This document shows, one piece after another, positions 10,742 through 23,428 of a stretch of 64,000 nucleotides of DNA. The translations under genes and the position numbers were made by a program. Source of the DNA: Utricularia gibba. Taxonomy: Eukaryota > Plantae > Magnoliophyta. The DNA lies in assembly GCA_002189035.1 (NCBI GenBank), contig CM007990.1, positions 5,890,001 through 5,954,000 of the forward strand. The letters run 5' to 3'. A model generated the notes under the pieces. It made no database searches. It saw only the letters and a list, made by a program, of their open reading frames with translations, and was not told where the DNA came from. How positions within the stretch are numbered: the first letter of the stretch is position 1; every line of letters starts with the position of its first letter.

Positions 10742-13700
10742 TCACTCTTCAAGCAATGGAGTTGAAGTTGACTTAGCAGCAGCCTCTGTTTCCTCATCGG
10801 ATCTGTCTGCTGGATGAAGAAAGACACCTGCCCGGAAAAGGCATTCATGGGTTACGCTCAACAATTGGAATGAAATCCAAGAAGCAGCGTTCTGGTCGTA
10901 CGCTTACCTACACACCAGATTGCAGCTGTGAGAAACAAGACGGAGGTCAAGGCGAGCGTCGACGCCCTCCAGTTGCCGATGTGATCCTGTTGAAAAGAAG
11001 GGAAATCCATGTCATCTGCTGAGGCAGAAGATTCATTCACCGTAAGGGGAAACAGACCTGGAGCAGCCCGACAAGGGGGAGGAAGGTACATCTCCAAAGA
11101 CATGAATGCATACGGTGGAGAGCGCCATCGACAACGGCCGGAGACTCGGCTTGACGCAACGAAGGCAGATGAAGTTCACCGGGGCCTAGGTGAAAAGCTG
11201 GTTATCATGGCACTCGGAGGTCGGTGAGAAGAGTTGCAAGGAGATTTACCTGAGTCGCAAACACGAGGAACTCTCCGATGGCGAAAAGAGGTAGGAAGAT
11301 GTATAGGCTCTCAAAGCAGAAGGAAGTGAAACAGAATATTGCTCCAGAGAAAGCAGCAGCGGACAGAAGCTGATATGCAGACACATAAGAAGGCTTGTGG
11401 GGGGGACTGCTAACTTGTGATAGTAAGGAGCAGAAGCACAGACCTTGAAAGCATTAGATATTGTGGATGCCATTCGATCGAGAACAAGACCACCAGCTAG
11501 AGTTCCAAAAACACCAGATACTACTGTAACTCCACCGAAAATGTAGTCTGCATTGGCCTGGGAGTTAAAAGCCAGTATCGTCATTGCGGGGATGATGAAA
11601 GCACTTGATGATTTAAAATGAAAGACAAGCTTTTACCATGTGAAATATGTTGTAGCCTGCCTTGGGTCCCCAGTAAGAATAAGCCCCCAGGACAAAAGTG
11701 TAGGAGATATTACCTGCACAGACAAGAGGGACAGAAATGTTGTAATGACAAATGTAACATCAGTATCCCTAACTTCAGTAGTTGTAGGGAAGATATACCA
11801 AGAACATTCACCAAGTAAACCCTGTCACGGAGAACGAGTTTGGTATCCTTCAGCAGAATCATCAAATCTGCACGCCTGAAATGGTTGCTAAAACATCTTG
11901 ATACAGAGATGATGGCAGATCATTCATGAGAGTATGTTGAATGAAGAAGATTTCTGACCTTGAAGGCTTTGGCAATTCTTCATTAGCTGTTTCAATGGAA
12001 AACGGTTCACCGGAATAAAAACAAGAAGAAATGGGTTAGTTTACATCTCAAAACTAGTGCTGGAAAAAGAATTATTGGAGAAGATTGAAGCAAATTACTA
12101 AACACAAGACAAGTATCAAGTTTAACACACAAATATCAAACTGCTGGGGTATGTTGAAGGTTTCAGTACGTTGATCGAGAGGATAATCCGTAGTAGCAGC
12201 TGGTTGTGAAGCAACAGGCGAGAAACCTGATGAATATTCCATCAAAAATGAGAAGAAAATATAAATGGAACAAACTACAGGATATTCAGAAAGGAAAATA
12301 GACCTCTTAATGCCAAAGGTTTCATGAAAAATCCTAGCACAGCAAAGGGAAGCATCAAGAGCGCCTCCAGAAGGAATGCCCATCGCCAACCAAATTGACC
12401 AATCTATCATTATTGGCGACATGAAGGATCATGCAGAATTTCAGCAAACAGCAAAAACATTGCATCAGCTAAAATCATATAAGAACATCCATTCACTTCT
12501 CTATCAATGAGAAATTGTCGGGAGAAATGGCATACCAGTCCACCAAATACATAGCCGAGAGCATACCCACTGGGGATGCACATGTAAAATGCTCCCAACC
12601 ATGCTACTCTCTGTTGAACATTACAAGATGGAAACACATAATGACTTGCTACAAAAAGCCACCTAAGGTTGAATTTAACAAGTCAAATGACTTAATACTA
12701 TCTTAAATAGAGGTTTAATATATGCAGGAAGTGAGAAGTTTTCAACAAAGAAGTGATTAAACGTGCACCATGGAGTTTTGAAGTTAGCCGCAAATTGACA
12801 ACTTTAGGCATGGAGATAAATTTATTGACCTGATTACTTGGTGCATTATCATCTATGAAAGGAGCTGCAAGACTAACAAAAGAAGCCTCACCAATACCCA
12901 CCAGCCTACAGAAAATAAAGATGCAATAAGATGTCTTGGTATTTGTTAGGAATGATTATGCTACAAAAGAATTTGGCGAGCCTGGTTGAACTCACATGCG
13001 ACTGATTGCAATCGACCAGAAATTAAATGAAAATCCACAAAAACCAACCGCAACAGTCCAGATGCTCAACCCAACTCCAACTAGCCGAAAAGGATTGATG
13101 CTGAAATAAGCAAAGTGGCGTCCTCAAAATTTATACTTGCATCCAGAAATGACGTTATTTGAAAAACTGAAATGCTGGATTCATTACCTCTTTGCTAAAG
13201 AGGCAAAAACAGGGGATGAAACTAGAAGTCCAGCCAGAAAAGCAGATGATATAACCCCGTCTTCAAAGTTGTTCAGGTCAAACTCGCCTCTGTTATCAAG
13301 GACACATTAAAAGGCAAGTAACTAATCCCTTGGGAAATTTCCAGATACAAAAATTCTACTTACTGAATTCCACTACCAGATGAGCAAACACCACTTTCAG
13401 AGCAAGATCTCTGTCTCCCATTTACACCATTACTTGCGATAGTGCCGCGATCAATGTAATTAAGCAGGTTGATCACACAGAAAACAGCAAGCAACCTCTC
13501 AATACGAAAAACAAGTCAGACAAAAAATTAAAACTGTGTGTGATTGTGTATAAAAGCAAAGATTTTTCAGAGGAAGATGAGGTTATTTGAAAATCCATCT
13601 GCAACCCAGGACGAGAACAACCTACACAGTTGCAGAAAGTCGAAGGAACTAAAACCCCTAACTTTCCCATTCCCATAGAGAAAACATACAGAAAGGACAA

Positions 13701-13806
13701 ACATCATAGGGCTAGAATTCAAAAAATAAAGCTTTTATTTAGTTCCCCGGCGTAAATACTACCTCTGAGGAGTTAACCAAGAAGAGGAAATTGGAGTTGC
13801 AGCCAT
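10742..13806 (-). CDS. Spinster-like MFS transporter (probable sphingolipid transporter); one apparent 1-nt frameshift
   Basis: Spliced exons MAATPISSSWLTPQR|LLAVFCVINLLNYIDRGTIASNGVNG, GIGEASFVSLAAPFIDDNAP, WLGAFYMCIPSGYALGYVFGG, GAYSYWGPKAGYNIF, ADYIFGGVTVVSGVFGTLAGG, IHVFGDVPSS, and terminal ...STSTPLLEE*. Confidence 0.93.
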
Positions 13807-14133
13807 CCTTTTCCGCGCGAAAAAGAACTACCAACGATGTATCATCTCACAAGGGCCTCCGGTTTCTCAAATTTCTTATTAATTATTACTTTTTTATTCA
13901 ATTCCCATCTGCCTATTCGATCGGATTCTATAATTGCTATTAAAGCAAAGCCAAAGCTCGAGGTTTCTTGGACCCGTACGGAAGTCGGAATATCATACCC
14001 ACAATTCCACATCTATATCTGGAGACGTGCAGCAGCAGCGTGTCAGCACCTTCTTGCTTTTCTGGTTAAAACTCTTCCCCTGGTCCCATTTGTTGTTGTT
14101 AATGCACTTTTTGGTTTTCAGTTGGTCAAGGAA

Positions 14134-16114
14134 ATGGGCCTTCATTCAGAATATAAAGGAGAAGAAGCAGTGGTTGTGGGGGATGGTGCTCGACATAGAA
14201 GCCATCCCTACGACGACTGTTCATCCAGGAACAACTACCCCTGGAAAGGTAGATTAGATGCTTTTACTTGACCTTTAAATGCCATCCAATATTGTGTTCT
14301 TATCTCCTAGTTAGCTGATGCATGTGCCGAATCAGGTTGGCTATGCTGTAGGTGGTGTGGCAAGAAATATAGCAGAATGTATGTCAAAACTTGGAGCAAG
14401 ACCATTCATTATTAGTGCTCTTGGATTCGATTGGGCAGGTTTATACTCCCAACTTCATGCTTTTTGTTTAGGAATTCTTCCCAAACAATGTGCTAATCTT
14501 GTAACTTCCTCTTCTTCTGGCTTTCAAGTTACAATTTTGTGGGATCTCGTTATGCTATGCTACATGCCCTTTACATCACTTTGGTAAGCGTATTTGATTA
14601 ACTACTTTTTATATTTCAAAAGGGGAGTTGCTGCTTGAGAGATGGATTGCTGGTGGGTTATCCATCGAAGGTACTGCCCAATATGTTATTTTTGTTTTTT
14701 TCTTAGTGATCAGTGCATTAGCAGCTTTTCGGGTCGTCTGAGCTTTGGGTATTTAGTTATTTCTTTGCAAGAGTTTCTTGGCTATGGTTCTAATCTTGTT
14801 GCAAGTGTCATTTTCCCTACTTTTCTCATTGTGGATAAGAAACTTAGAATGTATAAATTATTGTCTGCTTGTAGGCATCAGAAGGCGCAATGATATTCGA
14901 ACAGCCGTCATTTGCAATATCTTTGATGGAAAAGGAGAATTGGGTGCTGCTGTGGCTGATGCAGAATCATTAGTAAGCTCATCAAATTCAAAAAAAGTTG
15001 AGTTGTATTGTATCGCATCAGTGTAATACTCAGTATTCATGCATGTTTTCTCAGGAGAAGTTTCTTACTCCGAATGGACTCAGAAGTTTGAATTCATCAT
15101 TTCTTCTGCACCTGTTTTGATAGTTGATGCAAACTTGAGCCATTCTGCTCTTCTTGCTACATGCGAAAGTATGCCATCTTGCTTTTATGATTTGAAGCAT
15201 CCCTTCCTTGTCTCAAGTTCCATGCATCTGCTCCTTATGGTCACTAAGTATGCCATCTTGTTTTGTTGATTGTTTCCTTCAGTTGCAAGAAAATACAATA
15301 CACCTCTGTGGTTTGAACCCGTATCTGTCAAAAAATCAGAAAGGGTTGCTTCAGTTGTGAAATATGTGAGTAGTTGGAACTTAGATGCATCCATGGCCTT
15401 AACCTCTGACTCATGCAAACTGATCCAATGTTCTGTTGTAGATAAACTATACCTCACCTAACGAAGACGAGCTGGTGGCCATGGCAAATGCATTATCATC
15501 TCATGATAAATTCTTGCCAGTTCGAAAAGAGGAGAGTTCTTCCATTGAAGCACTTTTCCTTGAGTTGAAACCTTCCATACAGGTTCTGCTAGACAAAGGG
15601 ATTGAAATAGTGCTTGTCACTCTTGGGCCGGAGGGAGTATTGTTATGCTACAAAACAACAGAGAGTATCAGGAACAGAAGCAGAGCACCGCTCTACAATA
15701 GGGAGTTGTATGATGCAGTAACTGTGCGTTGCTCAAAAAGACAAATTTTCATCCCTCCGGCATCTCAAAGTTTTATTGCTATCCATTTTCCTGCAATACC
15801 CGCATCAGTCGTCAGGCTGACCGGTGCTGGTGATTGTTTAGTTGGAGGTGTTGCTGCCTCCATTTGTTCTGGTTTAGATTGGATACCAAGCATTGCCGTT
15901 GGGATTGCTACCGCAAAAGTTGCTGTGGAAACAGAGAGCAACGTCCCTACCAAAATGGACTTTGCACAGATTGCAGGTACTGCAAATCCCATCCCCCACT
16001 TGTTTTGAATTCCACGGCATATTCAAAGTGATCGATCCTGTTTCATACAATGCAGATGATGCAAATATCGTGTTATCAAAAGCCAAAGTGGTGTTCATGG
16101 GATCCAAGTTGTAG
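14134..16114 (+). CDS. PUKI: pfkB-family carbohydrate kinase, pseudouridine kinase-like, with C-terminal PTS1 (SKL); two apparent frameshifts; start may lie further upstream
   Basis: MVLDIEA..GTTTPGK|VGYAVGGVARNIAECMSKLG, VLIVDANLS, PLWFEPVSVKKS, SPNEDELVAMANAL, VLVTLGPEGVLL and the pfkB signature LTGAGDCLVGG. Last exon 16056-16114 is DDANIVLSKAKVVFMGSKL*. Confidence 0.9.
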
Positions 16115-16503
16115 TGAAACCAAGAGAAGCTGGTTTGATCCCATCCTTGTGTACTTGCTTGGGGTGAGTATGCTAAATCAGCAAAAGGAAAAGCGAAAGT
16201 AATGAAGGCATTCTGTAATATGAAGAAGAATGAATAACTTTCGCTAAAGCGTGGATTCCACTAAATAATAAAGGAATAATACATGATTATCGCAATAAGT
16301 TTGTTGATCACTGAATGGAAATAAGAACCACAGCCTGTAGGTGCAAAACATTTCGCAAGACAAACTGCTTGCCTCCCCTGAAAATGGAACTCATTTTTGA
16401 AGAGATACGATGTAGTTCAAAGATAGCAGCAGCTATCCCAGAAGGCACTCAAGCGACTCACTGTATGGGATATCTTCAAAAGGATCACATATAACACATC
16501 ATT

Positions 16504-19048
16504 TCACTCCCGCCCATCATCAACCAACTCTTCGTTCAGACCGCGTTGTGCGATTCTATAGTACAGAATCCCCATGGTCGCCAAGCAAGCCCTGTCAAAA
16601 TGGTATAAGCATCCAGTCATTTTGCTGCTGAGAAAAGTTTCCCGAAGAAAGTTTCGATATGAAAACAATACATGATGGCTATAACTAAGAGTAGCTTCCT
16701 TGGGTCCATTCTCTTAGGCCTGTGATGTCTTCCACGAACTTCCGAGGCATCATCAGCATGAGAAGCATCTTTACGAGGAGTTGCAGTAACGGGTAGAATA
16801 GGTGGTGGATTTGGCCAGAAAGGTAGCAATGCCCTCAGGAACTTATTCCGAAAGGAACCTAGGAGGCATTAAAAGAAATGATTTTATTCCACTAGCAAGC
16901 GTTAACAAATCCATTTACACTGGTTTTCTCTCTCAATGGTACACGTAGGGCCAGCAATGGAAATCATAGGAAGGAACAATGTTAAAGGTGAATTAGCGTC
17001 TGTGTTGGGAATTCTCATCATATATTGAAAAAGGAATGACGATGAAGGATAATCATGGCATTAGTCGCATTATTTATTAGGCGATCCCCCATAATCATGC
17101 AAGTAGAACTTATGAAACAGTAAAAATAATTCAGTAAAAGGTGACATGGATGGGCTTTTGTTTACCTCTTCGTGAGTACTTCTTTCTGTTCCCATCTTCA
17201 TCATCAGCATAATATAAGATCTCTGAGTTTGGCTTTTCGATCTGCACTGCACTCTTACGCGTGGTTGCACCTGGCTGCAGTAAAAAAATAAATGAAATTC
17301 TGGTATGCATAAAAACAACAAGGACACGGTAACAATGCATGTATAATACAGGGACTTACACCAGGACTTGAGCTCTTGATGAAGTTGGGTTCATGTTCGT
17401 TCAAAGACAATGTTGCACCACTTGTTCTATTTATTTCAACAATGTCCGAACTCTCAGATCTAGCAGCTGGCGCAGTATCATTCCCAAAAGTTTCACCATT
17501 CGTAGATAAGTGTACCAATGGTCCATTCGCAAAAGCAGGAGGAGGAGTTTGAGATTCTACTTCGCTCTGAGTTACTGGATAGTTCCCAAACAAGCTCTTT
17601 TCCAAACCAGTCTGAAACCATGTCGGGACAATGTCAAATGACCACATCATTTGCTAGAGAAGTTACATACGACCCACCACAACAGCTCGGAAAACATGAG
17701 ATGGAATGAAAATTTTACACAGAATATGCAGTAAATATGATTTCAAAGACATATAACATTAATAGGCTTATATATACAAGTAACGGGTGAAAGTAGCTTC
17801 TTACAGCACGCATTCACAAAGGTACCTGCAGAATTGCTTCTTTCAGCTTTGCATAAAAACGTGATCCTGAATCTTTGAAATTTTTTGGGGGCCAAATCTG
17901 AGTATGTAAAGCAATCGCAATACTATTAGTTACCAAGGCGCAAGAGAATGGCATGAAATTCACCAGGATAACTTACAGCAGTGGGGCAGGCGGGACAGAC
18001 ATACCCAGCGGGTGCAGTATGAAGTGGAAACTTTTTAATATGTGAAACTAAGCAGCTTGTGTGCATGACATCTGTATATATCAAACACTATTCACACACA
18101 AGCATCTAGGAAGCAAAATTATTAAATTCTAAATTCAAAGAATCGACATATTTTAAGTGTGTATACATACGCAAGCATCCCAATCGAGTAGTTTGTGGGT
18201 CTGTTTCTTCTGGAAGCACAGCTTGACAAAGGCAACATTTAGGAGGCCAATCATAGTCTCCATCAATTACCCACTGGGCGTATGCATTGACCTAAGTCAT
18301 CAAAGTATATTCCAACAATTATAAACTCACTACTATGAAAAATAACAATAAAATCAATCATCACATACCACACATATCTGATGTTCAGGGAAACATATGC
18401 ATTCCCCACATACAGGGACCTTGTGGACGAAACAATATAACTTGGTAGCCTGAGACAATAAATTTTCAGAACTCATGAGTCATGCTAATTTAAAGCCTGA
18501 ATTATCATCTGACAAACCTCAACAATACCAATCAAAAAAATTAAATTATTTCTCACGTTTCAAGGACTACAAATCGTACACATTTTCAAATCCCCACATT
18601 GATGATCCTAAATCATAAAGAAAAGAGTCAAGATGCATCAAACACCACTAATAAAACACTACGCCATAAAAAAAACGCTTCTTTCTCAGACGGTCTAGTT
18701 TTAGAGTAATTAAACCCAATCCTCATGTCATATGCACAGGTTAAAGACAATACTCCAATCCACCGACAACAATAATTGTATAGCGTAGCAGGTCACTAAA
18801 AAAATGAAAAAAAAAAAAAGAAACCCACGTCGATAACAAAACGAAGTCTAAGATCTAAAATATCGATGCCATTAGATCCAAAATTAGGAAATGCGGATCG
18901 TTTAAAAAATCAAAAACGGCAGAAAAAGAAAGCCATCAAACAATTCAAATCCCCAAATAATCCAGAAGGATGCACACCATCCCAAACCGGCAATTTGAAC
19001 AAGAAAAAAGTCTCCTAAACATACCTTTCGACACTTACAAACAACCAT
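16504..19048 (-). CDS. ZFPL1: Zinc finger protein-like 1 homolog (B-box/RING-like N-terminus, C-terminal TM anchor)
   Basis: MVVCKCRK|ATKLYCFVHKVPVCGECICFPEHQICV|...WVIDGDYDWPPKCCLCQ...RLGCLH|VMHTSCLVSHIKKFPLHTAPAGYVCPAC|IWPPK...MDPRKLLLVIAIM|ACLATMGILYYR...*; all exons are phase-compatible. Confidence 0.92.
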
Positions 19049-19737
19049 CACTTGCTGCGACGAGTATTTCAAGACTCGAACTCACACTGATGCCGAGCGA
19101 ATTTAGCCGATCGTAGTTCAGACCGCCGGGAAGAATTTCAGGCAATTGCAGTTCTTGGTTTTTCCAGCTAATTTATTGAAAATTATATCAGAAATCTTAA
19201 CGGACAACCTGAAAGGAAACGCTTGTATTTGGGCTTCTAAAATGGTCGTGAGCCGGGCTTGTTGAGGTCATCTTGTTTGTCTTTTTTTTATTTCTTACCA
19301 GAAGTGATAAACCCCATCTGTAAAAAAAAATGCAATTTTAAGAAATTTACTACTAAGTCAACAGTATGAACGGCGGTAAATAAACATTATTAATTTTGAG
19401 TTAAAAAAATTGGACTACGAAGAGGAGTAAAAGTTGGGGTGGCAGAAGAATTTGTTTATATTTAGGGGACCAAAGTGAAAATATCATCAGGTTAAAATTA
19501 AGTTTTTTCCTTGTATATATATCTGTTGGTCCTTGTATAAATGGAGGATTCTAGGGTATAAAAAGCCCCAAATTTCTCCCAGCTCTTTCTTTCTCCACAC
19601 CCTGCTCGCTGTCTCTCTATCCTCGAGCAGACGATTCTTCACGGATTTCAACTCGTGAGTAATGTATTTTGTGTTACTCTGTTCTTCGAGTTATTTCTCG
19701 TAATCGATTCGATTCACGCTGTTTTCTGTACATTCAG

Positions 19738-20349
19738 ATGGCAACTTTCGAGCTGTATCGGAGATCGACGATCGGGATGTGCCTCACGGAGACGTTGGAT
19801 CACATGGTGTCCAACGGATATCTGAATCCAGAACTCGCGATTCAAGTTCTGATTCAATTTGATAAGGTTATATGTCAAATGACTTTCATGAGTTTGGTTA
19901 TTTGGGGTGTTGAATTTGTCAAGGAGCGTTATTGTCGGCTTCAGATGTTACAGTGACGGGAAACCTTAAATTTTTCATTTTCTGCATGTTCCTTTTGTCA
20001 GTCAATGACAGATGCGCTGGAAACTGAGGTTAAAAGTAAAGTTTCAGTTAAGGTAATCTATTTTTCAACTCTCGTATTCTATCAGTGTTCATCTGTCTAT
20101 ATTTGTGCTGCTTTTCAAGTTCATCTGAAATGGGCATGAATTTCAATGTTTAAAACTGGAATCGTTGAGGATGCGTTGCTTATGGCGTGGTTGACTTTAA
20201 TGCAACAGGGACATCTTCACACCTATCGATTCTGTGACAACGTCTGGACCTTCATTCTGCAAAATGCTCAGCTTAAAAGCGATGAAGGCATGGAAACCAT
20301 CGACACAGTTAAGATCGTCGCCTGTGACTCCAAGTTACTAAATCAGTGA
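19738..20349 (+). CDS. TFIIA-S: Transcription initiation factor IIA gamma (small) subunit
   Basis: Three exons: MATFELYRRSTIGMCLTETLD...QVLIQFDK|SMTDALETEVKSKVSVK|GHLHTYRFCDNVWTFILQNA...VKIVACDSKLLNQ*. Confidence 0.97.
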
Positions 20350-20890
20350 GATGGCATGTTCGTTTTAAGCACTGTACTGCGGTTTGTGTTGGTGGTCAGA
20401 AGGAGCCCAAATGGCGTTGGTATTAACAGCTTGTTGGTAGTTTTTGTATTCAAACTGCTCATTTCCATGTCTTCCCCAACCCTTAAGCAGAATCAGTGTG
20501 GTTTCATTGTCCTGAATGCTTCTTAATATACATATGGAGTGTTTCGTGCTCACCTTTTCGTTCTAAAAGCTCAGAACCATTTCTCACATTGCCATGAAGA
20601 TGCAAACGCATTCCACATAAAAAATGCTAAGAGAGGAGAGGACTCTGCAAGCGAATCGGGTAACAAGAAACGCCGTATGATGCACTAACCAATCAAACTA
20701 CATGGCAACTTGGAAGCTGCAAAGATCCAAATACAACTACAAAGAACAAGAAAAGCTATTGGCATCATATGTACATGGGATACCTGGGAAGAGAAAAATC
20801 GCCACAAATGTGTCATCTAGCAGCTTCCATGAGGTTGGTAGTATGGGAGTTAGAGCCAGCAGCACAGCAGAATCTCCACAGTTGTTCGTT

Positions 20891-23428
20891 CTACATTACA
20901 GAGCCTGATCGGTTGTACTGTAACAAGTGTGTTCTTAGACTACAACCTTGCACCTGTTGGATTTGGTAAATGAGTTGAGGGGAATGATGATTAAATCATA
21001 CGATTGAGATCCACAATCTACCTGCACGGCTGTGAGCAAGGAAAGCAAATCTGTGCAGTGTTCGAGTGAAGCTCGCTCCTGTTTGGTCAGCCTAGCAAGC
21101 TCAGTAACTAAACTCGTCAACTCTTCCACCTGCAAGCAGAGATTAAGGCCTCATTTGAATGATACTTGTAATCTCAAACCAGTAAACTAGAAGAGAAAAC
21201 AAGGGGTACTTTCATTACCACTGGCAGAAGCGAACCGAGTGAAGATGTCATTGCTTGCATTAAATCAACAGCAGAGCCAATTGCATCCTTCAGGGTTTGG
21301 ATATCGACCTGTGGATACAGAAAAGGAAACTGATTGCTGGGTTGTTTAGCTTTGAGTTAAATGTTGGGTCTCAGGCACATACTGATGCTCCTTCAACAAC
21401 AGGAAGACGGAGAGTGCATGCTTTTAAAGCTTCGATAGCACCAGTCAAATAAACAAACTGGTCTTTCTCCATGGATGCCCAATCTTCCACATGTGTAATC
21501 TACACTGAGACAATGCTTAGAATCTAGAGACAAACTTCCATACGATCTTCCTTTTTTTTCCAAACCACACAATAAGAGCCATGAGTTTTCAGATGAAAGC
21601 TTACTTCTTGTTTCAGAATTGAAGCGAGTTTCAGCTTTTGCCGAACCAGCTGCAGTCTGTATCTTTTCTTGGTGACAGTATCCCGTAGATCCGAGATAAA
21701 TATCCATGCATCCCATAACTCTTTCTAATAAAAACAAGCATTTCTCATTTTTCAATAGAGATTCACTCAAAAATATGTACGTAGCAAGAAGATAAAGTAG
21801 GCTTCTTGAAAAAACTACATGAAAAGGTTAACCATCAAACCACAGGAAGATAACTCAGCTACACAATCATCATCCAAAAGAATTCAATTATACCTTGAAC
21901 AATGAGTTTAAGAGACATGTGATGTTCACAAAAAGTTCATTCTTCATTGTTGCAAAAGAACATACTCAATATGCAGAAGAAATAAGGCGTAAATATTTCA
22001 GTTCACCTGAACGATGTGCTTCTGCACCAACAACATTGTATCAGTTGTTGCATTTACTAAGCGATATTGTAGGTACCGGTTGTATAGAAGTCTTAGCAAA
22101 TGCGCATCAATAATTTTGTTTTCTGCTACCTTTCCCCTTCTAACATCAACAGCAAAACTGAGTACTGAAGGTGTTTCCAGAAAATTATTACAAATGTTGC
22201 TAACAGCATTCTTAATCCATGATGGACCATAGCTCCGTGAAGGAGATGATCCCGTAGGTGCTGAAACCTTACTAGGCGATGCAGATCTATTAAAAACACG
22301 AACGGGAGACAACATAGTTCGAGGAGATGGCATTGAGGCATCAACTGATAACCTTTTCATATTAGGAGGAACAAGCACCTTTGACCCTGGACCAGAAAAT
22401 AAAGGTGAGCCAGGATCCTGAAGCTTTTTCATCCGGCTGCTAGTTTCATGCCAAAACCGAGCCGAAAACACATTCCTGCGACTGCCACTTAGTGCATTTG
22501 AAGTTCTACCACCAGATTCTTGAATTCCAGTGGTACTACCAGAGGACACACTATCTGAATCCGATGCAGTGCAATCACAAGGCACAGTAGTTAACTCATT
22601 AAGAGACGAATTCTTAATACTTCTTCGTAGTGAAAACTCCCTCAGAATATCAGAAGAATCCAAATCGAAACTGGAGTTTCGATCAAAAAATGAACTCCTC
22701 TCATCATTCATTAACTGCTGTAGTGCTGGGACCCCATCCCCACGTTCATCAGTTACCTTGGACTTCTCATCATCTACACCAACATTGTTCAAGATTTTCG
22801 GCAGTGGATTCCTAGCAGGCCATCTATGTTGTTCAGCATGCTTAAAAATTTCCACTCGATCTCCAATACCCTCGAGCTTAGCCCTCGAAGGGGTAGTGCT
22901 TCTCCGCCGCTCAGGGGTCCCTTTCCTTAAACTCGATGAAGAAGGCGCTACTTTAGTCTTGCTAATAGGCAGTGAAAACGCCTCCCCCTGAAAGGAAACC
23001 GACAAACTCCTAGTGGAGGTGACTAAAAGCTTCGCCGCAGCTGACATATCGGAAGCGCCTCTGCTCTTATAATCAAGAGCAGGTGCCAATGGCTTGGCTG
23101 CTGGGCGGTAGCGGTCCGCGGAGGCCGATCTTTTAGGCACCGAATCTGCCGAATTCGCTGAGCCTCTGGAGATCAAAGGAGAAGGAAACCTTCTAGAGGA
23201 AGAAACCGAGGATGAATTTGAAGTAGAAGTGGAAGTCGTGGAGGAGGAAGAAAGAGGCATGTACCTAGAAGAAACAAGTTTGGTTTTAGGTTTCCTCCTG
23301 CTATTAGAATCCCCGTTATCATTATCCGGCAACAATGGCGGTCGCCGTGAAATCCCATCTCGCGCGGCGGTGGTTTCGGAATCTCCCACCTCCATTCCCG
23401 TTGCCGCACCGGAAACGGCAGCAACCAT
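20891..23428 (-). CDS. QWRF motif-containing / AUGMIN8-like microtubule-associated protein
   Basis: Long Ser-rich first exon (MVAAVSGAA...VSSRYM...LLVTSTRSLSVSFQGEAFSLPISK...HLLRLLYNRYLQYRLVNA), then exons KELWDAWIFISDLRDTV..., LTGAIEALKACTLRLPV, and terminal SLRTHLLQ...*. Confidence 0.92.
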
